A stretch of DNA of 62,105 nt, the filler included, from Chiloscyllium plagiosum (taxonomy: Eukaryota), in the NCBI RefSeq assembly GCF_004010195.1. It is 4 parts of one record of this genome, joined end to end, with 100 filler letters (N's around TTAATTAATTAA, not from the genome) between each part and the next. Parts side by side here need not be neighbours in the genome. Positions count along the whole stretch, not along the records: positions 1 to 27,451 come from NC_057717.1; 3 more parts are not named here. One strand, given 5' to 3'. The position numbers and the translations under genes are program-made. Every line of letters starts with the position of its first letter. Position 1 is the stretch's first letter. This document shows, piece after piece, positions 1-13,324 of the stretch. The notes under the pieces are model-generated. The model ran no database searches and had not been told where the DNA came from. It saw nothing but the letters and a program-made list of their open reading frames with translations.

Positions 1-745
1 AATTGGAAGTCAGTTACAGATTGGAATTTTATCAAGGGGATTCGGGATGATTATGTGTAGAATAACAGATATCCAGGAGTGAGCTGCAGATTGCATTCAA
101 ATTGAGGGTATTGGGCGATTTATAGACAGAGCAACGGGATACGAGAGGAGAGAAAGCAGAGGAGAAAGTACCCACCATGGACCAACTCAACAACGAGCTG
201 AGCCAGACAGGATTCAACTGCTGTATGTGGAGGTTTCCATGTGTTCTGAAAGACGGGAGAGAAACAGGCAGATACCCACACTTTCTATGATGTTGCAGTC
301 AAATGTCTGAAGGACAGGGAATCCCTAAGCAGAGACGCAGAGTTAAACTCTGTTTAAACTCTCTCCATCACACACACACACCCACACATAGAAACTGAAT
401 GTAATGTGGAGAAATGTCCATGTGCAGCACAGAGTTCCAAACTAACTCAGTGACAGACGAAAACCCCGTTCTCTGCCCAGTCCCCACTTCCAGACCCAGG
501 GAGGTTTTGTCCCTGACCCAGGGCAGGTTTCTGACTGGATATTATGACATTGCAACATGAAGGTACTGAGTGTAACAGTTTGCTACATCCCATCATGTCT
601 TCGACATTGCTCTCAGTGTTTTGTGAATTATATTGAAAACATTGACAGGTGCAAGAGAATATTCTGGAAGGTGATTTGCAGTAAGAATAGAAAAAGCACA
701 ATGTTTGTGTTTAAAATGGTGAGAAATTCTGAAACAGTATTGTCT
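1..745. repeat. Local duplication block A, copy 1 (copy 2 at ~2756-3500)
   Basis: Near-identical to 2756-3500; ORFs 32..217 and 2787..2972 are near-identical, as are 447..701 and 3200..3478. Confidence 0.9.
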
Positions 746-1046
746 CGGGGGTTGGGCTGATCTTGCACAGAAACATCAGGAACTTAACATGATGGTACGC
801 AACTTTACTGACTCCCCACGGTCCTAGTTTGAGGACTATCCTCCTCTGTTTTCCCCTTTCACTGAAGATATTAATATACCTTTTATACTGCACTGCCATT
901 CTGGTTACAGTGCTGCCTATCTCTCACTGTCTCATTTTTCTTCAATCCTGTTGAAAGATACTTAAACTAACAGACACACAAAGTTCCTGAAAGAGCTTTG
1001 TTTAATTACAGGTGCATTTTTTTTATATTTGTAGACAACACACAGT

Positions 1047-1795
1047 TTGAACCCACAGAAGGTCAGTGTGGGATTTGAGAAACCCTCCACTTTGGGATAA
1101 GGCCTAGCCAGGCAGGTTTCTGATCCAACGCTGCAAATCTACAATTCAGTGGCTGAGCTCTTTTAGGTTTTGTATATTATCTTTCTCTCATATATTAGGA
1201 GCTTCGAAAGTAAGGCAGACCTTACTGGAATGTCACATTTTCTCTCCGCATTCACTGTAAACAGGTTCTGGGATTTGCATTTTAATCACCTTCAAAGAGC
1301 TGTCTCCATTTCCTAACACTGCTAGCATCAATGAATGGAAATGGCTTTTGACACATTGCCCACTCTCCCTTGCTGAAAGTATTCCTGACACAAATCAGTC
1401 AGGCAGACAGTTTAGATTTGTCCACAGCCACCATTTTATATCAGCAAAACGATGACATTGAGTTTATAAATAAGGAAAAGCAAGAGAGACTGGCAACATC
1501 AATACAGTTTGAAAATATATAAAACATTGAACATGCACACAGAGATACACAGACACACAGAATCACACACTCAGAGATACAGACACCTTCCAGAAGCTGT
1601 CTACATTTCCTATCTTGCAAGGGAATTCATGTTATGATGATGCACTCAAGCAGGACAGTAAACAGCTTTTGAGATTTTCCCCATTGTGACAGAAATTCAG
1701 CCCCAATCTGAAACTAGGAGATATGTAACAGAACAGAAATGAAACAACAGCTTTCTGTGTTCCTGCTCCCAATGTAACATTTGACCATTTAGTTT
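1047..1795. repeat. Local duplication block B, copy 1 (copy 2 at ~4292-4970)
   Basis: Both start tttgaacccacagaaggtcagtgtggg and end tttgaccatttagttt; copy 2 lacks an internal segment. Confidence 0.85.
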
Positions 1796-2009
1796 ATCTT
1801 GTCTTCGGTCTAACATCCAACAAGGATCACTTCACTGATCCAATAACACATCCCCAGGAGTGAGTTCCAGACTGGAATTTAATTGAGGGGTTCAGGGTGT
1901 TTTATATACAGCATATGAGATACCCAAGAGTGATAGGACAGACTGGAATCTAATCGAGGGGTTCAGGGTGGTTTACATACAGAATATCAGATAACAAGGA
2001 GTGAGTCAC

Positions 2010-2495
2010 TAAATCGCGGAGTCATACAGTCATAGAGATGTACAGCATGGAAACAGTCCCTTTGGTCCAACCCGTCTATGTCGACCAGATATCCTAACCT
2101 ACACTCGTCCCTTTTTCAAGCACTAGGCTCATCTCCCTCCAAACCTTCCCATTCACATACCCATAGAGCTCCATTTTAAATGTTGCAATTGTACCAGCCT
2201 CCACCACTTCCTCTAACAATTCATTACATTCATGTACCACCTTCTGAGTGAACCAGTTGCCCCTTAGGTCTCTTTCATATCTTTCCCCTCTCACACTAAA
2301 CCTATGCCCTCTAGTTCTGGACTCCCCCACCCCAAGGAAAAGACTTTGTCTATTATCCTATCCATGCCCGTCATGATTTTATGAACCTCGATAAAGTCAC
2401 CCCTCAGCCTCTGATGTTCCAGGGAAAACAGCCCCAGCCTATTCAGCCTCTCCCTGTCGCTCAAATCCTCTAACCCTGGCAACCTCCTTGTAATC
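2010..2495 (-). mobile_element. CR1 LINE 3' fragment (ORF2 C-terminus and 3' UTR)
   Basis: Translates to ERLNRLGLFSLEHQRLRGDFIEVHKIMTGMDR and RTRGHRFSVRGER, typical of the CR1 ORF2 end. Confidence 0.9.
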
Positions 2496-2755
2496 ATATA
2501 TACCCGACAGTGGGGAAACAAGCCCTTCAGCCCAACAAGACCACACTGACCCTCAGAAGAATAATCCATCCAGACCCATTACCCCATGTTTACCCCTGAC
2601 TAATGCAACTCACCTACACATCCCTGAATACCATGGGCAATTTTAACAGGGTTTGGATTGGATGGTTAATATACAGAATAACAGATACCCAGGAGTGTGA
2701 TACAGACAGGAATCTAATCAAAGGATTGAGGTGGCTAATGTGCAGAGCCCCTTTA

Positions 2756-3500
2756 AATTGGAAGTCAGTTACAGATTGGAATTTTATCAAGGGGATTCGG
2801 GATGATTATGTGTAGAATAACAGATACCCAGGAGTGAGCTGCAGATTGCATTCAAATTGAGGGTATTGGGCGATTTATAGACAGAGCAACGGGATACGAG
2901 AGGAGAGAAAGCAGAGGCGAAAGTACGCACCATGGACCAACTCAACAATGAGCTGAGCCAGATAGGATTCAACTGCAGTATGTGGAGGTTTCCATGCGTT
3001 CTGAAAGATGGGAGAGAAACAGGCAGATACCCACACTTTCTATGATGTTGCAGTCAAATATCTGACGGACAGGGATTCCCTAAGCAGAGACGCATAGTTA
3101 AACTCAGTTTAAACTCTCTCCATCACACACACACCCACACGTAGAAACTGAATATAATGTGGAGAAATGTCCATGTGCAGCACAGAGTTCCAAACTAACT
3201 CAGTGACAGACGAAAACCCCGTTCTCTGCCCAGTCGCCACTTCCAGACCCAGGGAGGGTTTGTCCCTGACCCAGGGCAGGTTTCTGACTGGATATTATTA
3301 CATTGCAACATGAAGGTACTGAGTGTAACAGTTTGCTACATCCTGTCATGTCATCTACTTTGCTGTCAGTGTTTTGTGAATTATATTGAAAACATTGGCA
3401 GGTGCAAGAGAATATTCTGGAAGGTGATTTGCAGTAAGAATAGAAAAAGCTGAAAGTTTCTGTGTAAAATGATGACAAATTCTGAAACAGTATTGTTCAG
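2756..3500. repeat. Local duplication block A, copy 2
   Basis: Direct match to 1-745. Confidence 0.9.
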
Positions 3501-3636
3501 ATGCTACAGCTGATCATGTACGTAAACATCAGAAAGTTAACATGATGGTAGTGCCAGCAGATAGGAGGACCCGTGACACATTGATCATTGTTGATATTAG
3601 ATTGTATTGGGAACATGAGCTTAACATGACAGGAAG

Positions 3637-4290
3637 TGGAATCAAATCAATGGGTTCAGGATGGTTGATATACAAAACAACAGATCGCCCAGGGTGAGTT
3701 ACAGCCTGGAATCTAATCTAGGGGTTCAGGCTGGTTTATGTTACCGAATAACAGATACCCCGGAGTGAGTGAAAGCCTGGAATGTAATCGCGGGGTTCGG
3801 GGTGGTTTATATACAGAAAACAGATGCCCTGGAATGAGTTAAGGCATGAAATCTAATTGAGGGGTTCAGAGTGGTTTATATCCAGAATAACAGATAGCCC
3901 AGGGTGAATTACAGCCTGGAATCTACTCAAAGGGTTCAGGCTGGTTTATGTTACAGAATAACAGATACCCCGGTGTTGGTGAAAGCCTGGAAATAAATCG
4001 AGGGGTTTGGGGTGGTTTATATACAGAAAACAGATACCCTGGAGTGAATTAAGGCATGGAATCTTATTGAGGGGTTCAGGCTTGTCTATATACAGAATAA
4101 CAGATAGCACTGAGTGAGTTAATGTCTGGAATCTAATCGAGGGGTTCAGAGTGGTTTATATACAGAATAACAGATGCCACAGAATGAGATACAGCTTGGA
4201 ATCCAATCGAGGGGTTCAGTGTGGTTATGTACAGAATAAAACGGTAGCCCGGAGTGATTTACAGCCTTGAATCTAGTCAATGGGTTCCCA
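3637..4290. repeat. ~70-bp tandem satellite (~9 units); related units at 1-135, 1830-2010 and 2645-2895
   Basis: Recurring unit ggaatctaatcgaggggttcagggtggtttatatacagaataacagatacccaggagtgagttacagcct, with starts near 3708, 3779 and 3848. Confidence 0.9.
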
Positions 4291-4291
4291 A

Positions 4292-4970
4292 TTTGAACCC
4301 ACAGAAGGTCAGTGTGGGATTTGAGAAACCCTCGACTTTGGGATAAGGCCTAGCCAGGCAGGTTTCTGATCCAACGCTGCAAATCTACAATTCAGTGGCT
4401 GAGCTCTTTTAGGGTTTGTATATTATCTTTCTCTCATATATTAGGAGCTTGGAAAGTAAGGCAGACCTTACTGGAATGTCACATTCTCTCTCCGCATTCA
4501 CTGTAAACAGGTTCTGGGATTTGCATTTTAATCACCTTCAAAGAGCTGTCTCCATTTCCTATCTCTGCTAGCATCAATGAATGGAAATGGCTTTTGATAC
4601 ATTGCTCCCTCTCCCTTGTTGAAAGTATTCCTGACACAAATCAGTCAGGCAGACATTTTAGATTTGTCCACAGCCACCATTTTATATCAGCAAAACGATG
4701 ACATTTAGTTTATAAATAAGGAAAAGCAAGAGAGACTGGCAACATCAATGCAGTTTGAAAATATATAAAACATTGAACATGCACACAGAATCACACACAA
4801 ACAGACATACACAGACAGACAGAATCACACACACACAGAGATACAGGCACCTTCCAGAAGTTGTCTCCATTTCCTATCTTGCAAGGGAATTCATGTTATG
4901 ATGATGCAGAAATGAAACAGCAGCTTTCTGTGTTCCTGCTCCCAATGTAACATTTGACCATTTAGTTTGT
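4292..4970. repeat. Local duplication block B, copy 2
   Basis: Direct match to 1047-1795. Confidence 0.85.
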
Positions 4971-5285
4971 GTCACCAATGCCCCGGTTACTTTAACCCCA
5001 GGCTTCAAACCTGTGATATGACAGGTCCCAGTTAACCAGAAGCCCCGACAAACCAGGCTCTCACCCCCACCCCACCCCCCAGAGGAGATGAAACGTCGGG
5101 GGAATAAACAGACCCCCACTCACCTGGGCCCCACGGGCTGCAGCCTGGCCAACAGGCCTCAGGCCTGTGCTCCCCGCCCTCTGGAGGTTCTTCTTGTCCA
5201 AGGTTTTCCTGGTCCCCAGGCATTTTGCATCTTCACTTTCCTGCTTTCCCAACAAAAGTTCCTCTCCCTGGAGCTTAGATATTCT

Positions 5286-5715
5286 AACCCTGGCACCCTC
5301 CTTGTAAATCTTTGCTGTACCCTTTCAAGTTTCACAACATCTTTCCGATAGGAAGGAGACCAGAATTGCACGCAATATTCCAAAAGTGACCTAACCAATG
5401 TCCTGTACAGCCACAACATGACCTCCCAACTCCTGTACTCGGTACTCTGACCAATAAAGGAAAGCATACCAAAAGTCTTCTTCACTATCCTATCTACCTG
5501 CAACTCCACTTTCAAGCAGCTATGAACCTGCACTCCAAGGTCTCTTTGTTCAGCAACACACCCTGGACCTTACCATTAAATGTAGAAGTCCTGCTAAGAT
5601 TTGCTTTTCCAAAAATGCAGCACCTCGCATTTATCTGAATTAAACTCAATCTGCCACTTCTCAGCCCATTGGCCCATCTGGTCCAGATCCTGTTGTAATC
5701 TGAGGAAACCCTCTT
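5286..5715 (-). mobile_element. CR1 LINE ORF2 fragment
   Basis: LYRTLVRSLLEYCVQFWSPSYRKDVVKLERVQQRFTR motif. Confidence 0.9.
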
Positions 5716-7225
5716 CCTTTGAAATTAATTAACTATAAACTGACAGGACCGAAATCGGAGATCTCACACTTGGATTATGTATCTGAGGTGAGGGAGAAAT
5801 TAGATGGAGTAGGTGAGTTAGCTAAACGGCACCTGAAGAGGACACAGCATGGAATGAAGCAGGTGGCAGATAAAAACTCTGAAACTTTGACGATTTCCCG
5901 TGGGGATGACATGTTAGTATCGCCACCAGAGGTAGGAAATCCCTTCAAAGCCAGGTTTAGTGGCCCCTTTCAAATTAAAAAAGTGTTGAGTCAGTTCAGC
6001 TATCTGGTAAAGATACCGGAGATTACAAAAAAAGTTACAGTACGTCATGTGAATGAATAATGCTCCAGACACATTTAAGACTCAGGATCAGAGTTGTGGC
6101 CAGACGAACAAATTGTGCAGGTTATCTGTATGATGCAGTGTTCTTTAGCAAGTGATTGAAAGCTCACATGTTACAGCTGGCAGACCATGTTGAACGATGA
6201 CAAGAAGCAAATTTGGTAATAAACTTGAAGAAAACAGAATTCTCGAATGCAGAGGTGACGTTCTTGGGACATTACATTGGACATGGAAGGTTGACCCCAT
6301 GCAACACAAAGACGAAGGGCTTTGAGGAATTTCCACGACCATCCTCGAAGAAAGAGGTGCTTCGATTTTTGGAACTGAGTGGATTCTATCGGAAGTTTGT
6401 TCCAAACTTCAGCAGCGTATTGGGTTTAATAAACCACTGCTGGGTTTATTAAAGAAGATCACAGAATTGTGGTGGACAGAACAATGCCAGGAGGCATTTG
6501 AGAATTTTAAAGCAGGATTAATCACCCCGCACCTCTTTTAGCTGAACCAAATATTTTGAAAACTTTTGAAAATTGCATTTGATGCTCGGGATATAGGGCT
6601 CGGAGATGTATTGATACAGTAAGATGATGATGGAATTGAATGGCCAATTCGTTACTTGCCGAAAAAACTCAATATCCACCAGAAAAAAAATACAACATCT
6701 CCATTATGGAAAAAGAATGATTAACTTTCGCACCGGACTGACAATATTTTAATGTTTATATGATAAACAAATTGACAGAGATGATCGTGGACAACGACAA
6801 ACCTCTCGCATTTTTTGAATATTTAAAGAGCAGAATATGAGAGTATTTCATTGGAGTCTTATTTTACCGACTTTAAACTTACAAAATGTACATGCCGTGG
6901 GTCCTAAAATGTTATTGCAGATTTAAAGGAAAAAGTTGAGATAAGATTTGACTTATTGCAATGTTAGTTATGTGTGCAGAATTAATATGTATGGTATAGC
7001 TGAGATTAATACTTTTGTAATTCATAATAATGGGATTAAGAATTAGAGGAAAAGAAATGAAGCCATTTTTCATTCTGCTGTTTCATGCTTCTTTTTCCTG
7101 AAGGGGGGCGTGTTATGAAGCCGAAATCATGTCCGGTCATTTGAAGACAGAACGGGTTTTGCTAAATAGAAAGTACAGCCACAGATGTCAGCTAAAGGTC
7201 GTTTATCAGAAATTGCCGCTTGACC
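5716..7225 (+). mobile_element. Gmr1-like Gypsy LTR element 3' part (integrase C-terminus, RT/RNase H remnants, PPT, LTR start); duplicate of 22389-25330
   Basis: FKARFSGPFQI; INLKKTEFSNAEVTFLGH; EVLRFLELSGFYRKFVPNFS; PPT gaaggggg followed by TGTTATG at ~7100-7117. Confidence 0.85.
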
Positions 7226-7857
7226 GTTATCAGGTGGGGATGTATATTGAGAAATGGCAAATGGAGTTTAATATAAATGTGTGAGGTCTTGCATTCTGGA
7301 AACTCAAATCAAGGTAGGAGTTTCATGGTGAATGGGAGGGTCTTAAGGAGTGTAGTGGGCAGAGAGACCTTGGTGTTCAGTGCACGGTTCTCTAACAGTG
7401 GAGTCACAGGAAGACAGGGCAGTGAAAAAGGCTTTTGGCACATTGGCTGAGTGCTTTATCGGTAGAGTTGTGAGAGACGAAGAAATGGCGATGCTGAAAC
7501 ACGAGGAGTGGCAGCGATCACTTATTTCCAAGAGACACATTGACAGGGAGAGAAATTCCATACTTTACTCAGGATTGATTGGTTTGATATATTGCCACAT
7601 GTACATCAGTACAGGGAAACAGTTTATTTATGAGCAGTGGAAGCAGATCACAGTAAGCATGGACAGACAGATCATAGGGTGGAAATAGACTTCGACAGAG
7701 TAAGGCAAACAGGATACACGGAACTGGACGTGCACTAGACAAGATCAACATGAATGAGATCAGCATTATTTGAACTTAGAAAGTCCATTCATCAGTCTAA
7801 CGTGACTTTCCTAATAGTTTATATGCCTTAATTAACTCTCCCCACATGAATGCGAAG

Positions 7858-8160
7858 TCGGCACGGTGGCGCAATGGTTAGCACTGCTGCCTCACTTCAA
7901 TTCCCGCTTCAGGTGCCTCTCTGTGTAGAGTTGGCCCATTCTCCCCGTGTCTGCGTGGGCTTCCTCCGGGTGCTCTGCTTTCCTCCCACAGTCCAAAAAT
8001 GTGCAGGTTAGGTGAATTGGTCAAGTTAAGTTGCCCGTAGTGGTAGGTGAAGGGGTAAATGAAGGGGAATTGCTCTGGGTGGATTGCACTTCGGCGGGTC
8101 GGTGTGAAGTTGTTGGACCGAACGGCCTGTTTCCACACTGTAAGTAATCTAATCTAATCA
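7858..8160 (+). mobile_element. tRNA-derived SINE (HE1-like)
   Basis: A-box-like ggcacggtggcgcaatggttagcac, B-box-like ttcaattcc, CR1-like 3' end and (taatc)n tail. Confidence 0.85.
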
Positions 8161-8162
8161 GC

Positions 8163-8468
8163 GTGTGAACCCGCACTGAATGTTATGTTGTTCACAAGCC
8201 CCAACAGCAGCCACAATACCTTCCACTGAAACAGGTAGCCATTCTCACCAGCTTCCGCCCTACATGGAGAACACCAGGCTGTCACCTCCGAGATGGAACA
8301 TGCCTTCTTGAGTCTTCACACTAGACATATGGCTTCCTTCCTCACCGCGAGTAAACCACGTTAAAATCCCATGTGTGTATCATGAGCGATGACGCCACGA
8401 GGTACAACGTGGAGCAGTCTGTCTGTGCAGCCTCCGCTCCAATTGGTCATCATGTTAGAGCATCAATT
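8163..8468 (+). pseudogene. Endogenous viral-like L fragment, copy E (putative connector region)
   Basis: One frame reads GEHQAVTSEM...NPMCVS...WSSLSVQPPLQLVIMLEHQ, homologous to 54435-54640. Confidence 0.6.
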
Positions 8469-9759
8469 AGGAGACAGTGAGGACTGCCCATGCTGGAGAT
8501 CAGAGTAGACGGTGGTTTGCTGGAAAAGCACAGCAGAAGAATCGACGTTTTGGGCTTATGCCATTCATCAGGATCAGCATCAATTACCCTATTCTGCCCC
8601 TGTGTAAGTGCATTGAGGTGGGAATGGCCTCCTACTGTTCCTGTATAAGTGGCTCAACGGGCTCTGGTGTGGTCCATCACACTAGACTCCTTCCCTTCCT
8701 GAGTAATAGGCTGGAGACACTGAATGGGCTGTCCCTGTTCTACTCTAATACTGGGCTGAATGACTTCCTCATATTCCTGTGAAACCAGCGTGAGCTGCTG
8801 AATGAATCTATTTCACTGTGGCAATGTGCAGTGCCAGGCAGTGCTGTTACATGAATGTTACAGACCATTTAACAGCACAAACCTGACTGGTATCTGGATT
8901 TTGCTATACATGGACAGAGTCGGTTCAGGAGCTGACGGGCGACAAATGTTCTGAACATTGTGGAATCTTCAGTGATGGATATTGACCTGACAGAGAGTTG
9001 AGGGCGATGAAGTATTGGGTATGAAAGAGGATTTAAGGCCAGGAGCAGATCAGTCATGATCTTAGTGAAGGGCAAGACAGGCTTGGGGAGTGAATGACCT
9101 GTCCCTGTTTCTGATGTTCTCACATTCTGTTATTGGTGAGTTAGTGGGTGTTATTGTCATAAATGTGCAATTCCTGAATATTGCAGTCAGGGAGACCAGA
9201 TGATTTTGTGAGCCATCTCTGGTGAGTATATGGGCTGTATTCAGAGTCAATCTGCGTCCACAGCATGACCAACAAATGAAGCACAAGTTGCAGAGAGGGG
9301 AAGCTCTGTGAAGAGAGATGAGGGGCTTCTTTTATACCTGTGCCTGGAGTTTCCAATTACATTTCCCAAATCACTTCAAAGCGTGCTTGACAGTCTTGAG
9401 AGGCTGAATGGTCTCCTCTGTTTCTGTGCACCAGGTTATAGGAGTAAGTGGCCTCCAACTGTCCCTGTCTAGCAAGCATGAGGGGCTGAATGGAACACAG
9501 AAACATGGGACTGAGGAACAGGAGTGGGTCATTAGATACTTTGAGCCTTCTCCACCAGGAACTACGATTGTGGCTGATCAGGTTGTGGACTCAGCCCCAC
9601 TTTCCTGTCTGTTTCCCAATATCCGTGACTTACTTCCCTGTCAAATATTTAGTAATGCAGCTTTCAATCAATGTGAACATAGAGGCACGATAAACTTCCA
9701 GTGAAGAGAATTCCCACTTGAAAGGTCATTTTAGAATTTTTCATCATCCTTCTTATAGA

Positions 9760-10990
9760 ATTAGAGAGTCATGCAGAACAGAAACAGACCCGTTCGTCCA
9801 ACCTGTTCACTCCGATCAGATATCAAATCTGATCTCGTCCCATTTGCCAGCATTTGGCCAATATCCCTCCTCTTTCAGAGACTTTTTAAATGTGCGATTG
9901 TAACCACCTTTCGCACTTCCTCTGACAGCACTTTCTGTACACACACCACTCTGTATGTAACATTTATCTTCAGGTCCGTTCTAAATCATTCGCCCTCTCC
10001 CCTTCAACCTATGCCTCTGAATCTGGTCTCCCCTACCCTGAAGAGCAGAACGTGGCTGTTCAGAATATCCATTCCCCTGATGATTTTATAAACATCTATA
10101 ATGTCACCCTTCAGCCTCTGACATTCCAGGGAGAAACACCTCAACCTAATCAACCTCTCCCTGGGACATCTGTGTAAATCTTTTCTGCAGACAACCGTGT
10201 TGTATGCAGTTTTCTTAAAATGGTCTTCCCAACACGGTCTACAGATGCAACATGCCACCACAAACACTATACTCAATGCTCTGACTGATTAAGGCAAATG
10301 TGCCAAATATGTTCAGCACCACTCTGTCTACCTGCGACTCCTCTTTCATAGAACAATGTACCTGCAGCCCTATGCCCCTTTGTTCCATAACACTCCCCAG
10401 GACCTTGCCATTAAGTGTATAATTTCTTCCTAAAATGCAAAACTTTATATTTATCAAAATAAACTTCATCTGTCACTCCTTGCTCTTTGTCCCATCTAAT
10501 TGTGGTCTGGTTGTACTCTGAGATAATCTACTACACCACATTTCTGATGTCATCTGTAAACTTACTAACTATGACCCCGATGTCCACATCTAAGTTCTTT
10601 ACATAAATGATGAAATGCAGTGAACTGAGCAAAGATTCTTGCAGCACACTGCTTGTCACAAGCCTCCAGTCTGAAAAATATCTCTCTTCCTTCAAGCCAA
10701 TTGTGACTAGCTTCTTCTGTGTCCCATGTGACCGAACCTTTAATCTGTCTACCAATTGGAATGTTATGAACACCTTGCTGAAGTCCATATAGACAATGTC
10801 TACCAAATTGCCTTCATTAATTTTCTTTGGTCCCTCTTCATAAATCTTAACCAAATTAATGAGACATGATTTCCCATGCAGAAAGCCACGTTGTCTACCC
10901 CGATCAGCCCTTACCTTCCCAAATGTATGTGAATGCTATCCCTCAGGATCCCCTCCAACAACTTACCCACCACCGACATCAGGCTCACCC
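9760..10990 (-). mobile_element. Degenerate CR1 LINE (RT to 3' end)
   Basis: VDIVYMDFSKVF, SKFTDD, CFSLECQRLKGDIIDVYKIIRGMD. Confidence 0.85.
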
Positions 10991-11519
10991 GTCTATAGTT
11001 CCCGACTTTTTGGGTCACTGTTTCCTTTTCTCGTCCCACTCCTCCACTGCTCACAACAAATGTTAAATGTAACCAGGTTGGTGATGTGGCCGATGATATT
11101 GGTCTCAGATTGGGTCAGGGTCAGTTTTAGGAACAAGTCAGGCTAGTTTCTTTAATCTGCTCAAATAGCACGTTAATGATCCAGAGCAATGTTACTCAAA
11201 CTATGATGGAAAGATGAATGGCAAACTGTTTGGGTATTGCAAATATATAATCAATATTTCCCTGTTTAAAATGCTGAGACACACACACACACAATCTCTG
11301 CAATTTGAAGTTGAAAGAACTTTATCCAAATATTAGTGTAACGTATGACAAAAGGAAAAATTGAGAGATTGTCCAAAATGTGATTTTGCTTCTGAAGATA
11401 TTCTACTCACACAAGCTGCTAGCAATGGGATTTCCTCCTGGGACAGTTGGATTTGGCTGAATTCCCTTTGGATTAGGCAGCGAGAAGATTCCAATGAATT
11501 CTGGTCAGTAATCACCCAA

Positions 11520-11845
11520 AGGGTAGCACATTGGCTCAGTGGTTATCACTGCTACCTCACAGCACGAGGAACAGGGGTTCTATTCCAGCCTCGGGCGACT
11601 ATCTGTGTGGGCTTTGTACATTCTCCCTTTGACTGCGTGAGCTTCTAATAGGTGCTTCAGTTCCCTCCCACAGCTCAAACTGTGTACATTAGGTGGATTG
11701 GTCATGCTAAGTTGTCTGTCGTATTCAGGGATTTCTAGGTTAGGTGCATTAGTCAGAAGTAAATCTCAGGAAACGGGCCTGGCAAGGTTACTGTTTGGAA
11801 GTTTGGTATGGACTTGTTGGGCCGAAGGCCCTGTTTCCATGAATT
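11520..11845 (+). mobile_element. tRNA-derived SINE (HE1-like)
   Basis: tggctcagtggttatcactgctacctcacagc head; same body as 7858-8160. Confidence 0.8.
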
Positions 11846-12299
11846 CTGTAAAAACTGCATGAATTCTTTAAAAATGAGAATGGTAATGATGACCATATAG
11901 GTGTTATTTTTCTTTAGCTCACACACATTGCTGTGATGAGGAATAATGAGGGAGAGAGAGAGTGTAATAGGCCATTCTTTCTCAGGAAGATTACATTGTC
12001 TCCTTCTCTGAGTTGAATCACACAATGTCATCCTCTCCCAATATGGATCATGTGAGGTATCCTTGTATAATGTCCAAACTATGTCTCCATCACATTCCCT
12101 GTTCCATGTCGATGCATAATTGTTGCCATCTCGCACAGAGCCATACCCTTAGCAGAAAATGGTCTTGGTCAATTTGAAAATATGTTTATATGCCCCTGCG
12201 TCATTTAAAAAAATAAAATATTTAATCTATTTCGAATACCTGTGTTAAAATGAATGCATTTTTTAAAGAAATACGGAAATTGCTGGTAAAGCTCGGCAG

Positions 12300-12520
12300 G
12301 CCTGTCAGTACCCAGATGCTTTTTACATGCTGCAGTTGTATCAGCCTCCACCACTTCCTCTGGCAGCTCATTCCATACGCACAACACCCTCTGCGTGAAA
12401 AGGTTCCTCTTAGGCCTCTTAAAAACCGTTCCCCTCTCACTTTCATCCAAGTTTTGAACTCCCCAAACCTGGGGATAAACCCTGACTACTCACCCTATCC
12501 ATTCTGAGTCTATAAACCTC
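12300..12520 (-). mobile_element. CR1 3' fragment
   Basis: RNLFTQRVLCVWNELPEEVVEA. Confidence 0.8.
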
Positions 12521-13141
12521 TACTGCTGCAAGATGTGACTCCAATCAACACGAATAGCTGTGCTTTCAGTCATTCCGTGCCTAAATTCTGAAATTCAATT
12601 CTGACATTTCTTTCTCCATCAGGTCAAAATTCTACAACCAGTTTAATCAGTTTGTTCAGATGTATCATGAGACATTTCTGTGGGATTTACACCGAGACCT
12701 TTGTGCTCGGAGGTAGGGACAAGAGCATCACTGGGCAATACCCATGAAGCTGTAACATTATATTCCTGTGTGTTTGCTCATCAGCCTGTTCTGACATGCT
12801 TTGACATACGTCTGCAACAGGCAGGACTTGAATCCAGTCCTACTGGTCCAGAGCTAGGAACACTACCACACAAGTTCAGGAATTAAAATCAAATCCAGAG
12901 TTCTGGTTCAGAGCCAGGGACACTACCCACTACACTACCATACCCAGACTTGGGTCATATTTTAAGTATCAGCTTTCAGCTCGGTGTGGATTTATTATAA
13001 TCAGGTTACCATTACTGAACTGCACAAACACTTTGTATTGTTAAACAAATGCAAGATATTTGTCTCAACTGTAGGAAATTGTGTGCACGTGCTGTGCTAT
13101 CGAAATTAACTATGAACGTCTTCAATCGCTATTATCTGTAA

Positions 13142-13324
13142 NNNNNNNNNNNNNNNNNNNNNNNNNNNNNNNNNNNNNNNNNNNNNNNNNNNNNNNNNNN
13201 NNNNNNNNNNNNNNNNNNNNNNNNNNNNNNNNNNNNNNNNNNNNNNNNNNNNNNNNNNNNNNNNNNNNNNNNNNNNNNNNNNNNNNNNNNNNNNNNNNNN
13301 NNNNNNNNNNNNNNNNNNNNNNNN
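13142..13324. other. Assembly gap (183 N)
   Basis: Run of N. Confidence 1.

Larger units (their letters stand above)
8790..12200 (-). pseudogene. Endogenous viral-like L gene, copy A, split by SINE and CR1 insertions (pieces ~12200-11930, 11515-11340, 9395-9120, 8960-8790)
   Basis: GSVRDGNNYASTWNRECDGDIVWTLY...IIPHH; FIGIFSLPNP; QSFPSLQLVLHLLVMLWTQ...QRWLTKSSGLPDC; colinear with copies at 53.7-54.8 kb and 58.7-62.1 kb. Confidence 0.65.

Noticed and set aside
3637..4290. CRISPR-like array
   Set aside because: Units are wholly repeated with no unique spacers; this is a eukaryotic satellite.
7858..7930. tRNA gene
   Set aside because: The tRNA-like head continues into a SINE body and tail.
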